A DNA stretch of 61,477 nucleotides, counting the filler, from Vannella sp. (Eukaryota): NCBI GenBank assembly GCA_023345925.1. It is 4 parts of 4 records of this genome, joined end to end, with 100 filler letters (N's around TTAATTAATTAA, not from the genome) between each part and the next. Parts side by side here need not be neighbours in the genome. Positions count along the whole stretch, not along the records: positions 21,324 to 26,723 come from JAJQQN010000839.1; positions 26,824 to 46,249 come from JAJQQN010001171.1; 2 more parts are not named here. The stretch is one strand, 5' to 3'. Each line of letters opens with the position of its first letter. Position 1 is the stretch's first letter. A program made the position numbers and the translations under genes. Shown here in pieces: positions 24,502-33,602 of this stretch. The notes under the pieces were generated by a model, which saw only the letters and a list, made by a program, of their open reading frames with translations, searched no databases and was not told where the DNA came from.

Positions 24502-25331
24502 GATGGCGTCTTCCGCAGTGTTGGTGGGATTAGTGATTCTCCTCGTTTTGGGGCTGAGTGTCTCAATCCCTACTCGACCAGTGGATGGAGTTTCCGTTGC
24601 TGGCAAGATTACCGTTCCTCAGTTCAATTGCTTCCGGAACAAGGGTCAAGTATCCTTTGCTGTTGTCCGCGTTCGTGCTCCCTCTCTATGATACGCTGTT
24701 CCTGACCTTTGAAGTGCTGGGATACTCATTATTCTATACCTGACGAGGCTGCTCCTGGTGAGTAGTCCTCTAGAGAACCTCTCGTCGCCCCCTAACTCCC
24801 ATTTAGGCGACATTGCCAACGCGAAGGTCGCCAACTACTCTCGCATAGACGTTTACCTGGTGAGCCGACCGCCCAGGCCACTTGATCAGAGCTCTTCTTC
24901 TCCACTCACGCTTAGGACAGCCCCCTAATTTCAACGGAAGCCCCCAATCTCAAGTGCAAAGCACCGTGGCGTACCTCAGATCCTCTGGTAGCAAGTATGA
25001 TACCTTTTGGCTTGATGTAGAGGGTAGATGGGGCCCCTCCAAGAGTGCCAACCAGCAGTTCTTTGAAGGTTTGGTCAGCCAGGCACTTTTGCTCAACCAA
25101 ACAGTCGGTGTCGTCACCAGCAAGGCCCAGTGGACCTCGATCATGGGAGATTCCTACACAAAGGGCAGCCCATTCCCTCTGTGGTATACACAAGGGAACA
25201 ACATCGCATCCTTTGACGACTTTGTACCGTTTGGAGGATGGACCCAGCCAGTGATGAAGCAGTGGACCAGAACCGATGCAGTTTGCGGCGTGGAAGTTGG
25301 CTTCAATTGGGCTAAAAGCATCAACTACTAA
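24502..25331 (+). CDS. Secreted GH25 Lys1-type (protist/nematode) lysozyme-like protein
   Basis: Signal peptide, FNCF, SFAVVR, IDVYL, FWLDVE, PLWY, FVPFGGWTQPVMKQ and CGV. 3 GT-AG introns. Confidence 0.85.
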
Positions 25332-26421
25332 ACGCTCACAACTGTTCCAAAAAGAGAGAACTTGTCACCTCTTGAAGTCCTTTTTGGGCTCATTTGATCA
25401 TCCTATCATAAGCCATCTAATCAGAGTGTTTTCCGGACATCGATTCGTACGAGTGACGAAAACCCCAAATGAACCCCACTGAGGTTAGGTCTCGTGTGTG
25501 GGATCTTAAAGGGTGTTCTAAATAAGATAAAAAATAATCAACGCGTACATTATTTTTTATCAATTAGGCCAACATTTATCAACTGCAAATTACGATTGAA
25601 CATACTCACATCGAGTTAGCGAGTGGGGTAAAAGCCATCTTCATTGTTTTTGCCATGTAGAACTCTTCACAGCCACATCTGATACCTAAATAAGACACAA
25701 GATAATTTAATTTAGATGTACATCCTATTTCAGACTTTCTCCGTATCAGGTGGCGTGGTTGTGAACTTTTTGCGAACGGACCCTATTGTCTGTCTTAGTA
25801 CCAGTGGCACTCTCACCAAGCTATTTTGACGCATATAATCTATTGATCTTATATTTGCTTATGTTTGAGTGGAATAAATGGCCAACCACGGATTAAATTC
25901 CTTCAGATAACATTTGAATATTTGATTAGTCACGAAATCCGTCCAAAGGAGGAGAAAATTGGTGCAGGTTATCTGCGCTCTTGTTGCATGTATTTTACAC
26001 GAACGATAACCAAAGAGAGTCATCAAAACCTCTAAAGGGTTGTGGGAGTGCTTAAAGGGACCGATTTTCGACCCAATTTGATGCTATTTTCTAATGGCGG
26101 AGTAAAAGCTTGATCTCACAATGCAAATATGAGCTTTATTATACCAAAAAGACTTTTAGTACATCAAACCTTCAAAGGTAGCTACCGATCCGTTGCATTC
26201 TTTCTTTGGATGTTTGGTGGAACAAAACTCCTCCGGAAACTAGACAAAACTCGATTTCCCCTGATGCTTTGTAAAGCATGCTCTTCATAACTCAGGATCA
26301 TTCAGAGTCCATGTTGGCAGGGAATCCCACCGGTTTCCATTTTTCAATCCTCATGAGGAAATTAGATGCGTTGGTACATTAGATTGTTACAGAGCATTTA
26401 GAGGGTGTGATTACACATCGG

Positions 26422-26455
26422 GACAGAGAATATTATTATAATAATATTCTCTGTC
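26422..26455. repeat. Perfect 34-bp palindrome
   Basis: GACAGAGAATATTATTA followed directly by its reverse complement TAATAATATTCTCTGTC. Confidence 0.95.
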
Positions 26456-26723
26456 GCGCAGCACCTCATCGTGCCCACGGAAACCTGAGAAGTTGCCTTT
26501 TTCGAAACCGCGCGCGGGGCTCTGACGTGTTGCCTGAAGCAATTCGAGCGTAAAAAGAAGGCGGATCCGATAGAACATTATCTTAACTTGCTCTGGTGAG
26601 CGAGAGATGAAATACAGATGCCAAATGATCGACAAGAATCGTCATTCCATCATCTCAGAGCCCTTTTTTCACCAGAGAGTACCTAGGCCAGCCATTACAA
26701 GGCATTGAATGATATCATCACAT

Positions 26724-26823
26724 NNNNNNNNNNNNNNNNNNNNNNNNNNNNNNNNNNNNNNNNNNNNTTAATTAATTAANNNNNNNNNNNNNNNNNNNNN
26801 NNNNNNNNNNNNNNNNNNNNNNN
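26724..26823. other. Artificial contig-joining linker
   Basis: N44-TTAATTAATTAA-N44. Confidence 0.97.
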
Positions 26824-27133
26824 GTTCTGGTCACTCGCACCTTCGCAACCCTTCAAGGATTAGGGAGGGAGGTTGGGGAAGGGGAGTGCCATTGAGGTGA
26901 AGCCCTTGCAGGTAACGTTCAAAGCCTTTGACGCATCAGTCAGCGTCACCTCCGACTCATCTACCACCAGGTTCTATCACTACCAGCCCAATCAGCCCCA
27001 CCATTTCCAGAACAACTTCTCTGAACAAGAATTCAAGGATTCTCATCAAATCAGTGAAGTTTACTTGAGTGCTGAAATAGCACTTGCATAGGTTCTGATT
27101 GGACGGAAAGGTATCATTCATCAACATCCCCTC

Positions 27134-27742
27134 ATGCAGAGGATCAACATCAAGTGTGTCGTAGTGGGCGATGCAGATGTCGGGAAGACTACCATGATTA
27201 TGACTTTTGCAACCCCTCCCGCCTTCCTCTCTCTCCTTGAAGCCCCTGATTTCTACCTCCCGAGTTGTGTGTCTAACAACTATGATCATAATGTGAAGGT
27301 GGACGACACGCTCATCATATTCACCCCCTGGGACACTGCTGGACATGAAGAGCACGACCATTACCGCCCTGTGTCCTATCCTGGGGCAGATATTGTACTC
27401 TTGTGCTTCTCTATCGCCTCTCCAGCTTCCTTGGAGCACGTCAGGACGAAGTGGTACCCAGAAATCAGGCTCCACTTGCCCAATGTCCCCATCCTCTTGG
27501 TAGGAAACAAGTTGGACCTGCGGGGAGCAGACAACATCATCCATGAACGTCTCGCAGAGGAAGGGTTCGCAGTCATGCAGCACCAGCAAGGAGTCCGACT
27601 TGCGAAGGAGATCAACGCAGTCAAGTACATGGAGTGCTCTGCTATGGACCAGAATCAGGGGCTAAAGGACGTGTTTCTCGAAGCCATCCATATTGTACAA
27701 CCTCAAACAAGGAAGAAGAAGGGAGAATGCCTTCTAATGTGA
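27134..27742 (+). CDS. Atypical Rho/Rac-family small GTPase
   Basis: IKCVVVGDADVGKT, WDTAGH, RPVSYP, LVGNKLDLR, Rho insert helix, YMECSA, polybasic stretch and CaaX box CLLM. Confidence 0.93.
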   Translation: MQRINIKCVVVGDADVGKTTMIMTFATPPAFLSLLEAPDFYLPSCVSNNYDHNVKVDDTLIIFTPWDTAGHEEHDHYRPVSYPGADIVLLCFSIASPASLEHVRTKWYPEIRLHLPNVPILLVGNKLDLRGADNIIHERLAEEGFAVMQHQQGVRLAKEINAVKYMECSAMDQNQGLKDVFLEAIHIVQPQTRKKKGECLLM

Positions 27743-27859
27743 GCCCCCTTCCTCCTCCTATCTTCCTCCTCCCAGTTCCCAAAGTAAAGCTGAACGGTCC
27801 AATGGCTTCCTTGCTCCGTTTAACCATCCTCGGACCTTTTTTTCTCGTCCACGGAGGCA

Positions 27860-29099
27860 ATGGCTTCGAGTGGGTGGAGGCGATCGGAGGCTTTAGGACG
27901 GGTTTGGAGTCGTTCGTTCCGATCGTCGCACTTGAGAGCTTCTAAGCAGTTCAGTTGGTTTCGCGCGTTTCTCCTTTGGTATGAGGGGATACTGACAGGG
28001 TCAGGGTAGATCCACACGAGGTTCTGGGGGTGTTGGAGACAGCCACGGACGAGGAGATCAAAAAGGAGTACCGTTCGCTCGCCAAGAAGTACCACCCTGA
28101 CGTTTACAAGGAGGCTGATGCGGAGCAACGCTTCTTAGAGATCCAAAAGGCTTACACAATGATCAAAGATCAAGGCTCGCGGGACAAGAATCGGATAACA
28201 CAGGATCTGGGCGATATGATGGATGGTATTGACTTGGATGCTGTTAGTGAGACGGAGAGGGACGTCATTGTGTCCATTCTCAACCGCTTGAGGGACAAAC
28301 GAAGTACCATCGGCGGATGGGTCCCTGCCAGCATGGTCTACGAGGTCTCTCTCATGAAGAACAGAGGATCTGAGTTCTTCTACACAGCCAACTCCGTGAC
28401 AGAGATGCTCCCTCACTACCTGGCAATGGTTGGGCGCCAACCATGGTTTGATGAACCAGAAAAGGACATCAGCTTCCTTCTCTTCAGCCGTCTTGAGGCT
28501 CAGAACGCACTGGGTAAGATACAGTACCTTAGAGATGAGAAGAAAATGGTCTGGAACTCGCAGGACGACCGTTTGATCGCCTCGGCGACCATTTGCGACG
28601 AAAAGAAGACGGCTTGGATGACTACACAGAGCTGGATGGTTCGCAGTCGAGGGAAAGTGATGGGAACGTTCACTTCACGCTACTACAACCTGTTGCCGCT
28701 GTTCTCCTATGCAGCAGTCATTCCTGCTGCGCCTGATGCTCCACTGCTAGTCGGGCGCCGCATCTGCTTCTTCGGAACACACATCACATGGTACAATCCT
28801 AACGCTAAAGCGGTTTGCATTGCCTCCAGAGGCGCTGTAAGTCACTCTCCATCCTCCCCTCTCGCCTTTAGACTGACTAGAGGGCTCTCTAGTGGTCGCC
28901 ACTGGGTCGAATCTTCGACATTGATATCTCCTCTCACCATGAAGACGTTCACCCTTCTCTCTACCTCTTCAGCGTCGCCCAAAGCCACGCAATCGACAGC
29001 CGGTTCGCTTGGCTCTCTCCTTTGATCGCTCCTTACCTTCGCCGATTTATCACAAGAACAGAATCAAATAGCACACAAAGAGATGCTGCCAAAGAATAA
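27860..29099 (+). CDS. J-domain (DnaJ) protein with a possible mitochondrial presequence and a beta-rich C-terminal domain
   Basis: R/S-rich N-terminus, then DPHEVLGV...EIKKEYRSLAKKYHPD...RFLEIQKAY. Introns at about 27949-28004 and 28837-28892. Confidence 0.8.
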
Positions 29100-29170
29100 A
29101 CCAATCGAGGACTTTGGGAGATGCCACGTGGCAGGCGTTGGAGGCACTTGTTGTTGGACTGGTTGCAGCG

Positions 29171-30210
29171 ATGAGTTCTGCTATCTCCCTGGTTATTCCT
29201 ACGTACAGAGAGGCTCCTAACATCCGTCCACTGTCAACTCGTATCCATGAGGGTGAGGAGGAGGCGCTGGAAGTGTTTGGGAGCTGACGGGCTCTTTGTA
29301 GTGATGAGAGAGAAGAAGATCGACTACGAGATCATCTTTGTGGATGATAACAGCAACGATGGAACTGTGGAGATCGTTGATGAGCTCTTTGAGAAGGACA
29401 AGATCCCCGTTCGGTAGGAGAAGAAGCAAAAAGCGGTGATGCAACCTTCTTACCCTCCCAAAGCGTGTTGGTACGCACAACTGAGCGAGGACTGAGCTCT
29501 GCCGTTGTTCACGGGTTCCGTAGTGCAAAGAATGACGTGTTTGTGGTACGGAGGAGCAGCTGTCGTCCTGGTAGGACTTGTCTGACTCTCCGGGGCGACA
29601 GGTGATGGATGCTGATCTCCAGCATGATCCCAAGTACATCCCTCAGATCGCAGGACCAATCCAGGAAGGTTCTGCTGACTTTGTGATGGGATCGCGCAAT
29701 GTGGACGGTGGCGAGGTCGAAGACTGGCCCCTTCACCGCCGTATCATCTCCTGGGGTGCCACCAACATGGCTCGTCCTTTGACCTCTTCGGGAGATCCCA
29801 TGTCTGGCTTCTTCAGCATCCACAAGAAGACTTTCGAGCAAGGTACATCTCTTTCGTCGGCTCTGTCCGTTCCTACTCACGTGGATCTTCCAGCTAAGGG
29901 CTTGAATCCAATGGGTTACAAGATTGGGTTGGAGCTGATCGTTCGCTGCCGCTGCAAGAACGTCAAGGAAGTCGGGATTGTCTTCCGGGATAGAGTGGGC
30001 GCTCCCATCCCATTCTGCTGACTCTCTAACTCACCTTCTTTGCAGGAGCACGGAGAGAGCAAGTTAACGATGAAGCAGAACCTGCTCTACGTTCGCCAAC
30101 TGGTGGGCTTGTACTGGGCCAAGTATCCTCTTTTCTTCCTTCTGGTGATTGGCCTGCTGTTCATGATCGCCTTTACATTCCTCTACAGTGTGTATCACAT
30201 CCTTTTCTAA
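29171..30210 (+). CDS. DPM1: Dolichol-phosphate mannosyltransferase (GT2) with a C-terminal TM anchor
   Basis: LVIPTYRE, IIFVDDNSNDGT, RGLSSAV, VMDADLQH, DPMSGFF, GYKIGLEL and FRDREHGESKL. 5 introns. Confidence 0.88.
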
Positions 30211-30293
30211 AGCCCCAAGAATGCGTTGAACGCACGGTTTAATTAATCTCCTTTTGCCATTTCGGGCGTGACGGCATTTTCTTCCCTTCACTG

Positions 30294-31096
30294 ATGAGAC
30301 GCGCCTTCCCTTGGCTTGTGGTTGGATTGCTCATCGGTTTCTCGTTCGGAGCTTGCCTTCCAACGGCGGATGGAAGTATGCCAGCGACTGGAGAGTGCAA
30401 GGGACCCGAAGAGCGGGCCTTTGTGAGAATGGCGCGGGCGGAGCAGTTCAACTCTGGGTGCAACGCCTCTCAGGTCCATTACTACCAAGACAACGACCCT
30501 AATCAGCCACGATGTGGCCAATGTGAACCAGGAACAAGCGGGGCCGAAGACGAGAGCAGTGTTTGTAAGTTGAACGAGTTTTGCAACGATGCGGGCCTCT
30601 GCCAAGATACGAAGACGTCCCCGCTCTACAACGAGCCATGTCCATACGAACAAGGTTAGTCCTTCTAGTCTTTGCGAACGGAGCTCACTCGACCTCGGCA
30701 GGAGGACATTCGGCTGATGGATGGTGCGGACCTGGCCTCCGCTGCATTCGCCACTCCTGTCTCCCTTGTTTGGACGGAGTAGAGGATCCCAGAGACGGCA
30801 AAATATGCATCAATGACCACTGGTTAGTTATGGAGGGAAAGCAGCAGCTTCCTCATGGCCCTGACTTATCAAAAGGACGTATTCACGTTGGTCCAAGGCT
30901 TCCATTGACCCAGAGTTCTACCTCCTTTGCATTATCACAGGGACCTTGTTGCTACGAACAGTGATTCAAATCCTGAGTAAGTGAAGAGAACCTGGTGACT
31001 CCAGAAACTGACTTGAAGTCAGTTATTCGACGAGAAGACGGATCAATCACTGTGATAGGCTATCAGCGAGTACGAGACATGGTCTTTGAGCGCTAA
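30294..31096 (+). CDS. Small Cys-rich type I membrane protein of unknown function
   Basis: Signal peptide, about 14 Cys in the ectodomain and a C-terminal hydrophobic segment after splicing 3 GT-AG introns. Confidence 0.7.
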
Positions 31097-31135
31097 AACA
31101 ACATGAAGTGGAGTGCAGTATCACGTAGTTAGGAT

Positions 31136-32695
31136 TTAGAGGGTTCTTGTAATCTCTGGAAGAATGCTATTGAGAACAGCAAGTCCTTGCGGGGTTGCTC
31201 TCAATCGGGTTGGTTCCACAGACAAGAAACCAAGGTCGTATAGTCGCCAAACTGACCCAAATGTTCTGCGGAGGACTCTATCCTCGGATAGCTGGCTCAA
31301 CCAATCGGCCAGAAGAGGGTGGGAGACGCCTTCTTTGGTTCGTAAACCCATCAACATCGCCTCCTGCAGGCCAAGGTAAGACACCAACGATAAATCATTT
31401 CAGTTTCCTACTTCTCTCTCCTCTAAAGCCGTCAGAATGGTCTGCTCAGATGATCCGAAGCCACAATCCTCGACTGCTTGCATCCATTTGTTTGGAGAAC
31501 GGATCTTGTTCGCGTGAGAATCACTTGAAAGAGGCCTTAGCAAGACTTACTTGCGAGAAAGCAGTCCGCTGAGGAAGGTGGAGGCGCGAAGCAGCACCAG
31601 GACCTAATCCAATCCATTCACCAGAACGCCAATAGTTCTGGTTATGCTGGGACTCCTGGCCTTCTTTGGCAAAGTTGGACACTTCATACTGATAGAGACC
31701 CATCTTCTCGCATATTTCCACGGTTTGTTCGTACATGCTCGCAGCAAGATCGTCAGTCGGAAGAAAAACTGAAAATCATTCACTTTGGCACTTTCTCCCG
31801 ACACAGCCAGAGGAGGTACAGCTTACTTTGTTTCTTCTTGTGCTTTCTATGGAAGCTACCCATCTTTGTCAGCAAGGAGAAGGCAAACAAAGGAGTAACG
31901 CCACGTACGGGGTGTTTGGCTCAATAGTGAGACTGTACAGTGACAGATGCCCTTTGCTCATTTGGATCGCTCGCTCAAGCTCAGCGACCCAGTCCTTCAT
32001 AGAATGGTTTTGGTGCCTTCCAAGTCTCTAAGATTTGACCCTTTGAAGGAGGAAGGCGCTTACCGAGCATAAATGAGGTCGAAAGAGAGTTTGTCAAAGT
32101 ACTGGTGACCTTCTTCTATAGCGTGTATGGCTTCATGTACGGAGTGGACTCGTCCAAGATACTGTAAATCGGTGTCATTGAGTGCTTGGACCCCGATTGA
32201 TAGTCGATTGACTCCTCCATCCCTCCATTCTCTCATCTTCTGAGTCTCTATCGACTGTTGACAGTAAGAAACTGAAGCTTTCATCCAAGCATCATCTCTT
32301 ACGGTAGGATTGGCCTCCAAAGTGACCTCTGCATCCTCCGAAAACGGAACAGAAGTGCGGAAATGGTCCAAAAGTCCCTTGATGAGTGATGTCGGCGCAA
32401 GAGAGGGACTTCCTCCTCCAAAGAACACAGATTGGATCTCAATGTTCTCATCCTCTGGTCGATTCCGCCTCATCTGGGCCAGGAACCAGTCAAACTCCCT
32501 CTTGTAGCTCCGTTCCATCCTTCCAGTGTCCACAGAAGGTACCACAAAGCGATTACTAGTCCCTCTATGAGCATACCATCCAGTCCCCTCCATCCATGCT
32601 GCCTACAAGTCACAGTACGGGCAGATCGCACTACAAAAGGGCCAGTGCACGTACACCGACACCCTCCGCATCCTCTTTAACAATGCCAAACGCAT
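31136..32695 (-). CDS. RSAD1: Radical SAM HemN-like heme chaperone (RSAD1/HemW family)
   Basis: YVHWPFCSAICPYCDF (CxxxCxxC), FFGGGSPSL, TLEANP, NRLSIGVQ, YEVSNFA, HNQNYW and GLGPGA. Multiple introns. Confidence 0.9.
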
Positions 32696-32750
32696 CCTAT
32701 CACCATAACGAGGACCTCGTACACCCTCAGCGCAGCCGATCGCACTGCAA

Positions 32751-33569
32751 ATGGCTCATTTCCCCATGGCCACGGCAGAGACGTGGAAGGTGCAAGGCAA
32801 CGAGGCGCTTCGACAAGGACAGCTCGATGAGGCTATCCGCTGCTTTACAGAAGGGTTGGCGTTGGATCAAGGTCATGCTGTGCTCTTCTCCAACCGCTCC
32901 GCGGTCTATGGACAGATGGGGAGCTGGACCGAGGCTTTGGCTGATGCTGACAAGGCTATTGAGTGTCGGCCAGGCTGGGGTAAGGCATTCACTCGAAGAG
33001 GAGTGGCTCTCTATCATCAGGGACGCTATGAGGACGCTATCCGAGCCTACAATGACGCGCTGAAGCTGGAGCCGGGTAACGAAGAGCACCCCAAGACGAT
33101 TAGCATGATCCAGAGTGCTTGGAAAGCTTCAGAGCAGAACTGTTTAGGTGAGGAGCAGCTCACTCGAGGCAAGGTGGCTCTGGCGCTCCCTTTCTTTGAG
33201 GAGGCGTCCAAACTTGACCCCCAATGTGCTCTGTACTGGTCCAACCTATCCCACGCTCACCGCCTTCTTCGACAGCTCGATCTAGCATCCAAAGAAGCTG
33301 ATCAGGTGATCAGCCTTCGTCCAAAGTGGCACAAAGGCTACCAACGGAAGGCCGAAGTGCTCTATGATGACCACCAGTTCGAGAAGAGCGCTGCCACCTT
33401 CGCCTACGCACTCCAGATAGAACCCAACAACGATCAACTCAATCAGGGCTTCACCAAAGCCCAAGGAGAGCTCTTCCGGACTCAAAAACGCGAAACGCCG
33501 AGCTCCCCGACCTCCCCTGCTTCGCCAAAGGGGCCCCTGGACTCCATCAAGAACTTCTTTGGCTTCTAG
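32751..33569 (+). CDS. TPR-repeat co-chaperone-like protein (two STI1/HOP-type TPR domains)
   Basis: KVQGNEAL...FSNRSA...PGWGKAFTRRG and a second repeat set WSNLS...PKWHKGYQRKA. Intronless. Confidence 0.85.
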   Translation: MAHFPMATAETWKVQGNEALRQGQLDEAIRCFTEGLALDQGHAVLFSNRSAVYGQMGSWTEALADADKAIECRPGWGKAFTRRGVALYHQGRYEDAIRAYNDALKLEPGNEEHPKTISMIQSAWKASEQNCLGEEQLTRGKVALALPFFEEASKLDPQCALYWSNLSHAHRLLRQLDLASKEADQVISLRPKWHKGYQRKAEVLYDDHQFEKSAATFAYALQIEPNNDQLNQGFTKAQGELFRTQKRETPSSPTSPASPKGPLDSIKNFFGF

Positions 33570-33602
33570 CTCTTCGTACACTTCATTGGGAGGCTGGCGG
33601 GC

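Noticed and set aside
24650..24714. GTATCCTTT, matching the U12-type 5' splice site, in the lysozyme gene
   Set aside because: It encodes the conserved SFAVVR strand. The downstream donor gttcgt at 24671 gives a normal short intron that keeps this motif.
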